Notes: generated from the sequence alone by a model not told the origin. A stretch of DNA of 64,000 nt from an uncultured Clostridia bacterium (GCA_934168305.1 CAKPNF010000001.1:69923-133922), one strand, 5' to 3'. Shown: positions 51,371-62,651, numbered from the stretch's first letter. Made by a program: numbers and translations.

Positions 51371-51994
51371 CTATTCACAATTACAATTTTCAGAAGAATT
51401 TTCTTCGCAATTTTCAGATGTATTTTTATTGCAAATTGCAGGTGGCTCTTTAAAACTTAAATACCAACTAATTCCATTTTTATTTTCATTAATATAATTT
51501 TGTCTTTCTTCCAATTCACAGAAAGTTTGAGGAGGAGGAACAATTACTGGTTGACCTGGCATCCAATTTGCAGCTGTAGAACCTTTACTACAATCTGCCA
51601 TTTGTAGAGCTTGAACAGTTCTAATAATTTCGGGAATAAATCTTCCAACATTTAGTGGGTAAACAAAAATAGTTCTAACAATACCTTTATCATCAATTAT
51701 AAAAACATTTCTAACAGTTTGTGTTGTACTTACATCATTTGAAATCATACCATATTTTCTTGCAATTTGACCATTTCTATCAGCAATAATAGGAAATGGA
51801 AGTTTAATTCCAGTTCTACAATAAATATCATAAATCCAAGCTAAATGAGAAGGATTGCTATCAATACTCAAACCTAAAAGTTCTGTATTTATTTGTTGGA
51901 AATATGTATATGCCCTAGCATAAGCAATCATTTCAGTTGTACACACAGGTGTCCCAGTATGTTCAAGTTTCAAGAATTGAAAAACTTGAAACAA
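51371..51994 (-). CDS. peroxiredoxin (Prx, TPVCTTE peroxidatic Cys) with short N-terminus and Cys-rich C-terminal tail
   Basis: The peroxidatic motif sits at residue 14-20 rather than ~45. C-terminus CNKNTSENCEENSSENCNCE. TTG start with no clear RBS. Confidence 0.6.
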   Translation of the reverse strand: MFQVFQFLKLEHTGTPVCTTEMIAYARAYTYFQQINTELLGLSIDSNPSHLAWIYDIYCRTGIKLPFPIIADRNGQIARKYGMISNDVSTTQTVRNVFIIDDKGIVRTIFVYPLNVGRFIPEIIRTVQALQMADCSKGSTAANWMPGQPVIVPPPQTFCELEERQNYINENKNGISWYLSFKEPPAICNKNTSENCEENSSENCNCE

Positions 51995-52063
51995 AAATAT
52001 ATATTTTTTATTAATAAAATGATATAATGAGAAAAATTTAATAAAGGGGAATGAATTAATAAA

Positions 52064-53074
52064 ATGTTAAATGATAATAAAAAAATAAAAATGTTTTATA
52101 TAAGTCTATGTATTTTAGTATTATTAATTTTAGTAGGAATTTACTTTATCTTTTTTAATCAGCAAAAGAACAGTAATAATAAAGAGAACATAAATGAAAA
52201 TATAGAATCTAATCAATTAGAAAATAATAATAACATAATAGAAGAAACAGAAGTAAAACATACAAAAAATTATAGTAGTGAGACTAAAATTGCCTATCAA
52301 AACGAAAATGATAAAGAAAATAGTACATTTGTATATTTGAATGAGAATAATAAAAATGATTATAAATGGAATGATTACATATTTGAAAATAAAATAATTT
52401 TAACAACTATGCCAGACATTGATTTTACACAATTTGAAGAATTGGAAGAAAATTTTTATACTTTAAAGATAACCGATAGTAAAATCTATAATGAATTTGC
52501 AGAAAAATATAATTTTAAAAAGCTAAATGAAAGTGATTTTGATAATATTTTTGCACAAATTATTGTTATGAAAGATACTGATAGTTTAATAAAATATAGG
52601 GATGTAATAAAAGGAGAAGAATTTATAGCAGACGGTAATGTAAATTATACTTTACCTGTATCAAAAGGTGGAATAATTGATACATCAGAACCTTTTAAAT
52701 CTTCTTGTATAATAGCTTATCTTCCAAACTATATGATGAGTAATGATTATTTTGATGTAATAGTACAAAACGAAAAGATAAAAGTAAATAAAGAAACTGC
52801 ACTAAATACAGCTAAAACTTATTTGAAAAATTTAAAATATAAAGGATGTACTAATTTTTCTTATCTAAATTATATTAGAGTTGTAAAAGCATATAAAAAT
52901 GATTTCTTGAGCATAGATGATAAAGAAAATCCTAAGGAAGATACCAATAAAAAATATACTGTTTGGAAAGTATTATCGTATTCTGAAGAAGATCCTTGTA
53001 CTTCAGCTATTTTATATATTGATGCTAATACAGGAAAAATAATTGGTGGAAAAATAAATTATGCAACGGATTAG
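52064..53074 (+). CDS. hypothetical membrane-anchored/exported protein
   Basis: 336 aa. N-terminal TM or signal anchor. Confidence 0.35.
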   Translation: MLNDNKKIKMFYISLCILVLLILVGIYFIFFNQQKNSNNKENINENIESNQLENNNNIIEETEVKHTKNYSSETKIAYQNENDKENSTFVYLNENNKNDYKWNDYIFENKIILTTMPDIDFTQFEELEENFYTLKITDSKIYNEFAEKYNFKKLNESDFDNIFAQIIVMKDTDSLIKYRDVIKGEEFIADGNVNYTLPVSKGGIIDTSEPFKSSCIIAYLPNYMMSNDYFDVIVQNEKIKVNKETALNTAKTYLKNLKYKGCTNFSYLNYIRVVKAYKNDFLSIDDKENPKEDTNKKYTVWKVLSYSEEDPCTSAILYIDANTGKIIGGKINYATD

Positions 53075-53894
53075 TTCTCAAATATCAAAAATTATATATG
53101 CTATTATAACTTTATTTACTGCGTTAGTAGCAGGAAAAATGTTTAATGTAAATAATTATTTGCCAATGTATTTATCAATAATAATATATGTTTTAGTATT
53201 AGGAACAGCATTTTTATATTATGAATCAAAAGTAAATAATGAACTAGAAACGAAAAAAGAACATAAAAAACTAAAGATAACATCAATAATATTCTATGTA
53301 ATATTATCAAATGCAGTATTTTATTCAATAATAAAAATGGGACAAAACAATAGTAAATTATTTATGCAATATGATTTTCAAAAATTCTTATCTGTTGAAA
53401 TGGTAACATACTACATAACAACAATAGTATTTATATCAAGAATAGCAAGATTAGTAGGCAATGTAATATTTGGAAAAGTATATTCAAAAATAAAAGATAA
53501 AATGAGCGTTGTTCTAACAATATGTTTGGCATTAGCATTTTCATTATTGATTATAGGACACTTTATAGAATCGGCGTTCATTTGTAAAGTGATAATTATG
53601 TCTTTAGGATTTTTCTTAATATTAGCGATAAGAGATTCATTCCAAACATATATAGAAGATGTTGCCTTGACTATTTCAAATAAAGAGGAACAACAAGAAA
53701 TTATAATTAAAATTGAAGTTTATAGAAGATTAGGAACATTAATATTAAGTGCTATTTTTACATTAATATTAATGAAATATGAACTAATTGTAATAGAATT
53801 TATTTTATTGAGCTTAAGTATTATTGAAATATTTATTAATAAAAGCTTATGTAATAAGTTATCAAATTATAGTATAGTAGCAAAAAATGGATAG
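53061..53894 (+). CDS. hypothetical polytopic membrane protein
   Basis: 277 aa, about 6 TM helices. Confidence 0.35.
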   Translation: MQRISSQISKIIYAIITLFTALVAGKMFNVNNYLPMYLSIIIYVLVLGTAFLYYESKVNNELETKKEHKKLKITSIIFYVILSNAVFYSIIKMGQNNSKLFMQYDFQKFLSVEMVTYYITTIVFISRIARLVGNVIFGKVYSKIKDKMSVVLTICLALAFSLLIIGHFIESAFICKVIIMSLGFFLILAIRDSFQTYIEDVALTISNKEEQQEIIIKIEVYRRLGTLILSAIFTLILMKYELIVIEFILLSLSIIEIFINKSLCNKLSNYSIVAKNG

Positions 53895-53995
53895 CAAATT
53901 AAATGCTATCTATTTTCAGTTAAATTTATAAAAAAATACCTGTTGAACATATACTTCTAAATAATGTATAATCTATTTAAGAGGTGCAATAATTT

Positions 53996-55243
53996 ATGAG
54001 AATAATAAAAAAATATGGAAAAGACATATTATATAAGGAATTAAAGAAAAGCTATAATTTTTTTATTAAAGAAGCAAATACAGATAAAAAAAGCAAAGGC
54101 TATGGACTAATAAAAGATAAAACAATTTTAGCTGATAATATAGCAAGTATAGCATCAGTAGGATATGGTTTAGCAGCATTAGTTATCGGAGTAGAACATA
54201 ATTGGATAAAATATAAAAAGGCTTATGATAGAGTAAACAGAACACTAGAAACCTTTATAAATAACGTAGAAGGAAAAAACGGGTTTTATTATCATTTTGT
54301 GAATATGCAAACAGGAAAAAGAGAATGGAATTGTGAAGTATCAATAATAGATACAGCAATTTTTATATGTGGTGCTATAACTGCAGGTGAATATTTCGGA
54401 AAAGAAGTAAAAAATAAAGCAAATATTTTATATAAAAGAATAAATTGGAAATGGTATAGAAACGAAACAAACAATTTATTTTATATGGGATATAAACCTG
54501 AAAAAGGATTTTGGGGACAATGGGATGGATATGCTGAACAATTAATGATGTATGTATTAGGAGTTAGTTCACCAACATATCCAATAGATAAAAGTATGTA
54601 TTATGAATTTAATAGAAAAAAGAAAGATTATAAAGATATAAAGGATATAATATATACATATTGTGGAACATTATTTACATATCAATATTCACATGCATGG
54701 ATTGATTTTAGAAATTTAACAGATATTAATGGAGTTAATTGGTTTGAAAATTCAATAAAAGCGACAAAAGCAAATAGAGAATATTGTATAGATAATAAGA
54801 GCAAATTTAAAACTTATGGAGAAAATTCCTGGGGATTAACTGGTTGTCTTTCTCCTAAAGGGTATATAGGACCAGGAGCTGAACCTTGTGATACTAATTT
54901 AGAAATAGAAAACGATGGAACAATATCTCCATGTGGTGCAATTGGTTCAATAGTGTTTACACCAAAGGAAAGCATACAGTCCATGGAATATTATTATAAT
55001 ACATTTAGAAAATTGTGGGGAAAATACGGCTTTAAAGATGGCTTTAATTTAGAAGGGAAAAAAGGCTGGTTTGCAAATGAATACATAGGAATTGATAAAG
55101 GAATAGGAATGTTAATGATAGAAAATTATTTAAATGAAACTATATGGAAATATTTTATGAAAAATGAGTATGTCATTAAAGGATTAGAAATGTTAGAATT
55201 TACTGATACTAAATCAGAAGATTTGAAATTTAACAAAATATAA
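53996..55243 (+). CDS. glucoamylase-like (DUF3131 / GH144-like alpha-alpha toroid) family protein
   Basis: 415 aa. The family resemblance is tentative. Confidence 0.4.
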   Translation: MRIIKKYGKDILYKELKKSYNFFIKEANTDKKSKGYGLIKDKTILADNIASIASVGYGLAALVIGVEHNWIKYKKAYDRVNRTLETFINNVEGKNGFYYHFVNMQTGKREWNCEVSIIDTAIFICGAITAGEYFGKEVKNKANILYKRINWKWYRNETNNLFYMGYKPEKGFWGQWDGYAEQLMMYVLGVSSPTYPIDKSMYYEFNRKKKDYKDIKDIIYTYCGTLFTYQYSHAWIDFRNLTDINGVNWFENSIKATKANREYCIDNKSKFKTYGENSWGLTGCLSPKGYIGPGAEPCDTNLEIENDGTISPCGAIGSIVFTPKESIQSMEYYYNTFRKLWGKYGFKDGFNLEGKKGWFANEYIGIDKGIGMLMIENYLNETIWKYFMKNEYVIKGLEMLEFTDTKSEDLKFNKI

Positions 55244-55364
55244 TTTGGAAGAAATTACAATTGAAATAGTATATAAAAATTGATATAATATATGTAGATG
55301 TGTAATATCACATAATAGTAGTAACAAATAACCAAAATGTTTTAACTAAAATGGAGGCATTAAG

Positions 55365-55607
55365 ATGAAAATTTGTATTTTACGGAGAGATGGAGAAAAT
55401 GTTCATAATGGAATGGTAGAAGTGATGTTTGCAATAACAGAGAAATATTTTGGAAAAAGAAAATTATTTTTAGATAAGAACGAAAAAGAATTCACACAGA
55501 TGATTACTTTTTCAGTTTCTGATAATGAAGATTCGTCCAATATAGTTCGATTTATAATTGCAGTATCAGAAGTAAATCCATTATATGCTGTGAGGATTTT
55601 GAAGTAA
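55365..55607 (+). CDS. hypothetical protein
   Basis: 80 aa, followed by the terminator at 55617-55660. Confidence 0.3.
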   Translation: MKICILRRDGENVHNGMVEVMFAITEKYFGKRKLFLDKNEKEFTQMITFSVSDNEDSSNIVRFIIAVSEVNPLYAVRILK

Positions 55608-55616
55608 AAGCAATGA

Positions 55617-55660
55617 AAAACTCTAACCTAGCAAATGCTTGATTAGAGTTTTTATTTTTT
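55617..55660. terminator. intrinsic terminator shared by convergent genes
   Basis: Stem AAAACTCTAA/TTAGAGTTTT followed by TTTATTTTTT. Confidence 0.6.
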
Positions 55661-56051
55661 ACTTTGAATGGAAAATGCTCTTTTCAATTTCTGCCATACA
55701 CTCATTAGCAATACTTGCAACAGCTGACCATGAACCAACCTGTGTAGAAATAGGTTTTACCATACTGTGCAATTCTGATATTGTTTTAAGTGCTTCATTC
55801 TTGGTAGAGCAGAAAGCTTCTAAAGTCTTTTTGAAGTGCCTTGCTGTTTCATCAGAAGAATCAACAGATTTAAACTGTTTTTCGACTTCTTGCTTAAATC
55901 CAGCCGGAGAGAATGTACCGTTATTCACAAACGATTTCAAATTTTCTAAAATATTAGATAATTTTGTGAATGGATAATTACTCTGTTCGTTTGGATTTTG
56001 CATAGCATCTAACATCCGTTTTTGATAGTTTTCAAAAGTCTTATCGTTCAT
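55659..56051 (-). CDS. hypothetical protein (locally GC-richer segment)
   Basis: 130 aa. RBS GGAGG on the reverse strand. Confidence 0.4.
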   Translation of the reverse strand: MNDKTFENYQKRMLDAMQNPNEQSNYPFTKLSNILENLKSFVNNGTFSPAGFKQEVEKQFKSVDSSDETARHFKKTLEAFCSTKNEALKTISELHSMVKPISTQVGSWSAVASIANECMAEIEKSIFHSK

Positions 56052-56326
56052 ATAGAATTCCTCCTAAAAATATTTATTTTTACATTGCTGATTTACTTTG
56101 AAGAAAAAAGGTTAAAACTACAAAAAACTAATTATAGTATAACACAAAATTATGTAAAATACAAATGTACTATTGAAAATAACTGGATTTTCCTTTACTT
56201 TTACGTGAAATCATGATACACTATTTACATAATTTTAGCGATTTGCTAATCAAATTTTTTTAATCCTGTTTTACAGGTTGATATAGAGTCAGTTATTATA
56301 AAATGAATATTTTAAGGAGGAAAAAT

Positions 56327-57103
56327 ATGGAGAAAGTATTGATTTTGTTAGCGTTTGCCTTTTGCAGTCCGTGTGTTATATTGATTGTAGTAGCATATAT
56401 TGATGAAATTAATAATAAGCGTATTATGAAAAAAGCAAAGAAAAGCTATGACAAAAAACTAAACGATGCAATGAGATTTTATCTATTAGCTACTTCATTG
56501 AAATATAAAATAAGAAGCGGCTGGGATGAAACTCATTGGAACGTGAGTAAAGAACGGATTGAAAGCATAGCAGAACATGTTTATGGTACATGCATATTAG
56601 CATTAAGCATTGATTCTGAATTTGAAACAAATTTAGACATTAATAAAGTTGTGAAAATGCTTGTTATCCATGAATTAGGAGAGGTTGTAATAGGAGATAT
56701 TACACCATTTGATAATATTACTCCTGAAGAAAAGATGGAAAAAGAACATGAAGCTATCAAAGAAGTTCTTGGAGACTTAATCAAGAAAGATGAGTTTTAT
56801 TCATTACTATTAGAATTTGATGACAAGAAAACAAAAGAAGCTGTTTTTGCACATCATTGTGACAAACTGGAAGCAGATATTCAAGCTAAAGTTTATCAGG
56901 ATATGGGATGTCAACATTCTTTAGATGAGCAGAAGAATAATGTTGTTTTCAAAAGTCAGAGAGTTCAGCAAATGGTAAAAGATGGAGCTAAATCTGCATT
57001 CGATATTTGGTATGAATGGGATAAATCATTGTATTTTGATGATGAGATATTCGCCAATATTCTTGATTATGTGAAAGAGATTAATACTCAACAAGATTTT
57101 TAA
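56327..57103 (+). CDS. HD-domain phosphohydrolase (YfbR-like 5'-deoxynucleotidase) with N-terminal membrane anchor
   Basis: IAEHVYGTCILA (H), HELGEVVIGDITP (HE..D), HHCDKLEADIQ. Start at 56327 after AAGGAGG. Confidence 0.6.
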   Translation: MEKVLILLAFAFCSPCVILIVVAYIDEINNKRIMKKAKKSYDKKLNDAMRFYLLATSLKYKIRSGWDETHWNVSKERIESIAEHVYGTCILALSIDSEFETNLDINKVVKMLVIHELGEVVIGDITPFDNITPEEKMEKEHEAIKEVLGDLIKKDEFYSLLLEFDDKKTKEAVFAHHCDKLEADIQAKVYQDMGCQHSLDEQKNNVVFKSQRVQQMVKDGAKSAFDIWYEWDKSLYFDDEIFANILDYVKEINTQQDF

Positions 57104-57138
57104 TGTAACTCGTAAACAGATTTGTTAAGGAGGTATCA

Positions 57139-57717
57139 ATGTCTAAAAGAAAAAAGCAGTCAGCAAACTTAAATAAACAATCTAAAGTAAAAAGAAAAAT
57201 TATACAGCTAGAAGATTGTTCGAAAAATGATGAATGTGGTGTTTCAGTAGTAGATGATGTTAAAGTAATTGTTTTTTATAATGGTCCAAATTACAAAGTG
57301 AAAATTTCAATTCCTAAACGGAGCATAACCAAGAAGATACTAAAAGTTCAAAACAGTAAGTTTGATTTATATATTCGATTTGAAGATACTGATTATAGTA
57401 AATCAGGAGGACACCTTTATATAGAACTAAAGGGAAGATACAAATTGGATGATAGATTTAAAAAGCCAAATGAATGTAATGAAGTAAAACTTGGAATTAG
57501 TGCTAAAAGATATCATGGTAATATTGTATTGCAACCAGATTTTTTTATTCCAGAGAATTGGTCTTCATCAGTTGATTCAAAGGAAGATGAAATTGCATTT
57601 AGACATTATAAGAGTGATATTAGGAAAATGGGAACAAATGCAAGTAATTATACTAATTATGAGAAAAGCAACGTTTATCGACCATTTCAGGGTGGAGATT
57701 GTACAGGAGGAAAATAG
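57139..57717 (+). CDS. hypothetical protein
   Basis: 192 aa. RBS AAGGAGG. Confidence 0.35.
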   Translation: MSKRKKQSANLNKQSKVKRKIIQLEDCSKNDECGVSVVDDVKVIVFYNGPNYKVKISIPKRSITKKILKVQNSKFDLYIRFEDTDYSKSGGHLYIELKGRYKLDDRFKKPNECNEVKLGISAKRYHGNIVLQPDFFIPENWSSSVDSKEDEIAFRHYKSDIRKMGTNASNYTNYEKSNVYRPFQGGDCTGGK

Positions 57718-58179
57718 TATGGCATTTGAAGATTACAAGGATCTAGATTTAAAACCTGAAAAAGCAACACAGGAAGAAATTGAACAACTTGAAAAGAAAT
57801 ATGGAGTATCAGAGTTTCATGATACAAGTTTAAGAGCAAAAGAATTTCTTCGTAGACAGGAAGAACAAAATTAAAGAAAACTATTTAAGTTATATTAGAT
57901 ATTGAGTGAATGGAAGAAGGAGATTATCATGGCAATAATTTCCTCCTTTTTTTATTTTAAATTTTTTCTCAACTTTGTTTTTGATATCGCACTCTTTAAA
58001 ATAAAGTATGAGGTCAAAAGATGAATAAAATATTAGAAAAATTTAAAAAATATTTTGCTATATTCATGTTTTATGCTATAATGTTAAAAACAAGGAAGAT
58101 AGTTAAGTACTAGAAGTCATAAAAGTCTTATATCATAGAAGTATTAAAATAAATAAAAATATATTAAAAGGATGTAGAT

Positions 58180-58506
58180 ATGAATAAAGAAGAAATAATA
58201 AAATATTGTTTGACATTAGAGGATACATATAAAGACTGTCCATTTCCAAATGATTTTGAATCAGTAACAATGAAACATATTAAAAATAACAAATGGTTTG
58301 TTCTAGTTATGAACGTTAATGATAAGTTATATATTAATGTAAAAACAAATCCAGATTATTCTGACATATTAAGAAATACTTATGATTATATAATACCTGC
58401 TTATCACATGAACAAAGAACATTGGAATACGATTATTGTAGATGAAAAAGTGGACAAAACATTAGTAAAAGAATTGATAGAACAAAGTTATCAACTAACA
58501 AAATAA
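58180..58506 (+). CDS. MmcQ/YjbR family DNA-binding protein
   Basis: 108 aa. Typical YjbR-family length and N-terminal pattern. Confidence 0.55.
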   Translation: MNKEEIIKYCLTLEDTYKDCPFPNDFESVTMKHIKNNKWFVLVMNVNDKLYINVKTNPDYSDILRNTYDYIIPAYHMNKEHWNTIIVDEKVDKTLVKELIEQSYQLTK

Positions 58507-59803
58507 AAGCAAATAATAAGCAAAATAGGAGATTACTATGATAATAACGGAAATATTTCAGAAACAATCTAAATAATGTTATTAAAATTGAATTATGTGG
58601 GCAAGGATTGTGGGATTATGAAAGTTTGAATTTTTATTATAGTGATGGTAAAAGCAAATCTGTTAATTTATATACTACTGAACAACATTATTACATAGAA
58701 GAATATTTATATAATAATACATCTAACTATGATTATATATTTAAAATTTCTATATTTATAAGTTTGGCAACAATTGCTTTTACTATATATGTTGGTATAA
58801 GAAAAAAAAACAATTTTAAAATTAGTAAATTATTAAAAAATAGTATTTTAGAAGGAAAATGTATTTTATGAAAAAAAGATTATATTAACAATTTTATTTA
58901 TAATTATAATGATATTTATTTGTTATTGGTTATATTCAAATACAGGATTAAAAAAATTTGAAAAAGAAATTTCCAGTTTTATATTACCAGAAGGAATTGA
59001 AAAAGTTACAATAAAAAGTGGAATAGGAGATTCGGGAGGTAATGGAGAATATTCAACATATCGTGTAGTTTTGGTTGTGAAGTCAAAAATGCCAATAGAG
59101 CAATTAAATCAGGAATTTGAAAAACAAAACTTAACATTTTCAAGCCATATTGAAAATAGTAGTACACCTATTTGTTACATTACTCATTGCGAAGATAGTA
59201 TATTTAAATCAGAAAGAAATTTTATATTAGAATTTGATGAACTAAAAAAAGTAAAGGATTTTACTGATTATTATTTTATTGAATTTATTAAATAAAATAC
59301 AAATGTAGATTATAATTGTATGTTTGGTATCTTGCAAATGTTATTAAGGAATGATATATTAAAATTGGTTTATGAACAATAATAAAGAAGGGAGATGTTT
59401 TTAATTATGAATAAATCAAATAAAGTTTTTGAAGGAATAATAATTGTATTGATTATTGCTTTAATAATAATGTCTATTTTATACTTTGACATGAGAGCCA
59501 AAGCAAAGAAAAATTTAAATGACTTCTTGAATCAATGTGAAGTAACTTCTAATTTATATAAAGAATTAGATGAATTAAAAAATAATGATAATAATTTAGA
59601 TGGTAATTTCTTATTTTCAGAAGAAGGAAAATAATGATGAATAACAAATATAAATAAATTTTTATTTATTATATAAATATTTTTTTGATATTGAGCCTCA
59701 AAGGCTCTTTTTTTTATAAAATATTTAATTAAAAAATAATGTTACCTTTTTCAAAAAAATGGTAATATATAAATAGATATCTAAAAAGGAGCTCTAAAGC
59801 AAA

Positions 59804-60362
59804 ATGAAAAACAAAAAAATAAAAGAATATATTATTAATGGAAACATTGATATGGAAAAAATAATTAATGATTTTGCACGGATATATATTTATAATAATA
59901 AAAAATAGTGGATATTTATTCAGCAATGAAGACATAGAAGAAATAGCATCAGATGTATTTCTTGTAATATGGAAAAACAAAGAAAAACTAGACATTAACA
60001 AAGAAATTGCTCCATATATAGCAGGAATAACAAAAAAATTGATATTAAAAAGAAAAAATAATTTTAAAAATAATAATGAAAACATTGAAGAATATGAAAA
60101 CTTTTTATATGAAAAAAATAATGATATACATATTAAAATAGAAGAAAACGAAAAAATAAATATATTAACTAACGAACTAACAAAAATGAAAGAAGAAGAT
60201 AAAAATATTTTTACATATTATTATTACCAATCAAAATCAATAAAAGATATATCAAGTTTATTAAAAATATCACAAATTAAAGTTAAATCAAGACTATCAA
60301 GAATACGAAAAAGATTAAAAAATGAATTAGAAAAAAGGGGGTATGGTTATGAAAGAAGATAA
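59804..60362 (+). CDS. ECF sigma factor, apparent +1 frameshift at ~59885-59905 between region 1/2.1 and the rest
   Basis: The 59804-59907 ORF gives KEYIINGNIDMEKIINDFARIYIY, a typical ECF N-terminus, then a stop. The 59868-60362 ORF continues with region 2.2 NEDIEEIASDVFLVIWKN and region 4 KSIKDISSLLKISQIKVKSRLSRIRKRL. Confidence 0.7.
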
Positions 60363-61506
60363 AATAATAGAAAATATTATAAAAAAATCACAAATGAAAA
60401 TAGCTGTATCTGAATTTGCAAAGGAGAGAAAAGAAATGCCTAAAATAAATAAAATTTCAAAATATGTTGCAACAGCAATTATAACATTAGGAATTGGAAC
60501 AGGAATCGTATATGCAACTGGAACTACTATTTATGATAAAATATGGAAACAACCAGAAACGTATAAAATATCTAATGAAATTACAGAAAAAGATAAGGAA
60601 AATGCAATTAGTGAAGAAGAGGCAAGAAAAAAAGCAGAAGAATATTTAAGAAAAATAGGATTAGAAGATGAAATAAACGGACTAGGATTAATGAAAAGTT
60701 GGAGAGGAAATGATGTTATATGGGATATAGGGTTCACAAAAGGAACAATGCAGATGGATAGTAAAGGAAATTTTCAAAGTCTAAATATTCCATCATATAA
60801 TTATAAAATTCCATATAATTACGGAATAACAAGAGAAGAAGCAAGAAAAACAGCAAAAGAATTATTATTAAAATATAATCCTAACAATAATTCTGATGAA
60901 TACGAATTAGTATCACTTCATAGAAATATGGAAAATGATAAGGCTTCATATATTTGGTATGCAGATTTTTATAAAAAATATGGAGATTTATATAATCAGT
61001 ACGAAAAAATATCAATTGGGTGGATACCAACAATTAATGGTCTATATAGTTTAAATATAGAAAACTCAAAATATGAAAATAATGAACAAATTATTACAAA
61101 AGAGGAAGCAATAAAAATTGCAACAGAAAGAGATAAAAAAATTGAAACAAGACATAATATAGCAACTACCAAAGCACAAATTGGTATCGATAAAATGAAT
61201 GCAGATGTTGTATATAGAGAAAAAGATATAGAAAATTACAATAAAGGAACAATTAATTATGAATGTGATGAAAATGGAACATATAAAATAAAAGATAATG
61301 CAGAATTTTACAAAGTTGATAATCGTGTCAGAAAAGTTTGGGAAGTAAAGATTTTTTATGATTATTATAATGAATATTATCAAGAAAGATATGTTTATTA
61401 TGTTGATGCAACAACAGGAGAAATTATTGGTGGAAATAGCTGGAGTGGCTCAACTGAACAAGTAGCACAATTAATTGAAAGTCAATATAATCTTATAGAA
61501 AAATAA
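60349..61506 (+). CDS. anti-sigma factor: single TM + extracytoplasmic PepSY-like repeats
   Basis: TM helix VATAIITLGIGTGIVYATG. Repeated ..EEARKKAEEYL.. / ITREEARKTAKELL / ITKEEAIKIATER PepSY-like units. Overlaps the sigma gene by 14 nt. Confidence 0.6.
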   Translation: MKEDKIIENIIKKSQMKIAVSEFAKERKEMPKINKISKYVATAIITLGIGTGIVYATGTTIYDKIWKQPETYKISNEITEKDKENAISEEEARKKAEEYLRKIGLEDEINGLGLMKSWRGNDVIWDIGFTKGTMQMDSKGNFQSLNIPSYNYKIPYNYGITREEARKTAKELLLKYNPNNNSDEYELVSLHRNMENDKASYIWYADFYKKYGDLYNQYEKISIGWIPTINGLYSLNIENSKYENNEQIITKEEAIKIATERDKKIETRHNIATTKAQIGIDKMNADVVYREKDIENYNKGTINYECDENGTYKIKDNAEFYKVDNRVRKVWEVKIFYDYYNEYYQERYVYYVDATTGEIIGGNSWSGSTEQVAQLIESQYNLIEK

Positions 61507-61759
61507 AAAGAAGTCCAGTATGAACTCTATTTTTTAGAGGTATAGTTCAGTTTGGACTTCTTTTTTGATAATAGAGTATGATACAATAAAAAATATTTAT
61601 ATAAAATTTAAAACTAAAAGATGTAAATTTATATTTAAAAGATTAGAGTTATTAGATAAAAAGTATAAATATGTTGTTTGAAAATATTTTTTGTGTTAGA
61701 ATATAAAAAACAATCATACTACTTTGTGAGAAAATATTGTAATTGGAGGTAATGATATA

Positions 61760-61963
61760 ATGGAAAAATGGAAATGTCCAAAATGTGGAAATGAAGAATA
61801 TGAAAAGGACCAATTTCAGGCAACTGGAGGAAATTTTGCGAAAATTTTTGATGTTCAAAATAAGAAGTTTATAACAATTAGTTGTACCAAATGCGGATAC
61901 ACGGAATTATACAAAACAGGAACAAGTGCAGCAATGAACATATTTGATTTTCTAATGAACTAG
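61760..61963 (+). CDS. zinc-ribbon domain protein (two CxxC pairs)
   Basis: CPKCG ... CTKCG, 67 aa. Confidence 0.55.
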   Translation: MEKWKCPKCGNEEYEKDQFQATGGNFAKIFDVQNKKFITISCTKCGYTELYKTGTSAAMNIFDFLMN

Positions 61964-61979
61964 GTACAAAATAAAAAAT

Positions 61980-62651
61980 ATGGAGAAAAGATATATGAAA
62001 AAAATATTAAAATATGGAACAATTGCAATTATTATAATGGTAACAATTATTATAGGTATAAATTTATATGTGAAAATATCTACTAATAAACAAATAGTGC
62101 AAGGAGCAGACTATACAAAATTATCAAACATAGATTGTATAATAGTTTTAGGCGCTGGAATATGGAATAATGAGCCTAGTCCTATGCTAGAAGATAGATT
62201 ATTAGAAGGAATAAATTTATATAAAAATAATGTATCAAATAAAATAATAATGAGTGGAGACCATGGTAGAGCAGAATATGATGAAGTAAATATAATGAAA
62301 AACTATGCTATTGAAAGAGGAGTTAAATCAGAAGATATTTTTATGGACCATGCAGGATTTTCAACTTATGAAAGTATTTATAGAGCAAAAGCAATTTTTA
62401 AAGCGAAAAGAATTGTTATAGTAACTCAAAAATATCATTTGTATAGAGCATTATATATTGCAAAACAACTAGATTTAGAAGCATATGGAGTTGGAGCAGA
62501 TCCAAGACAATATGTAGGAGCAACATATAGAGAAATAAGAGAAATATTGGCAAGAGATAAAGATTTTATAAAATGTATATTTAAGCCAGAACCTACATAC
62601 TTAGGAGAAACAATTCCTGTCAGTGGTAATGGGGATGTTACAAATGATTAA
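61980..62651 (+). CDS. SanA/YdcF (DUF218) family protein
   Basis: N-terminal TM. DCIIVLGAG...IIMSGDHG DUF218 core. Confidence 0.7.
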   Translation: MEKRYMKKILKYGTIAIIIMVTIIIGINLYVKISTNKQIVQGADYTKLSNIDCIIVLGAGIWNNEPSPMLEDRLLEGINLYKNNVSNKIIMSGDHGRAEYDEVNIMKNYAIERGVKSEDIFMDHAGFSTYESIYRAKAIFKAKRIVIVTQKYHLYRALYIAKQLDLEAYGVGADPRQYVGATYREIREILARDKDFIKCIFKPEPTYLGETIPVSGNGDVTND

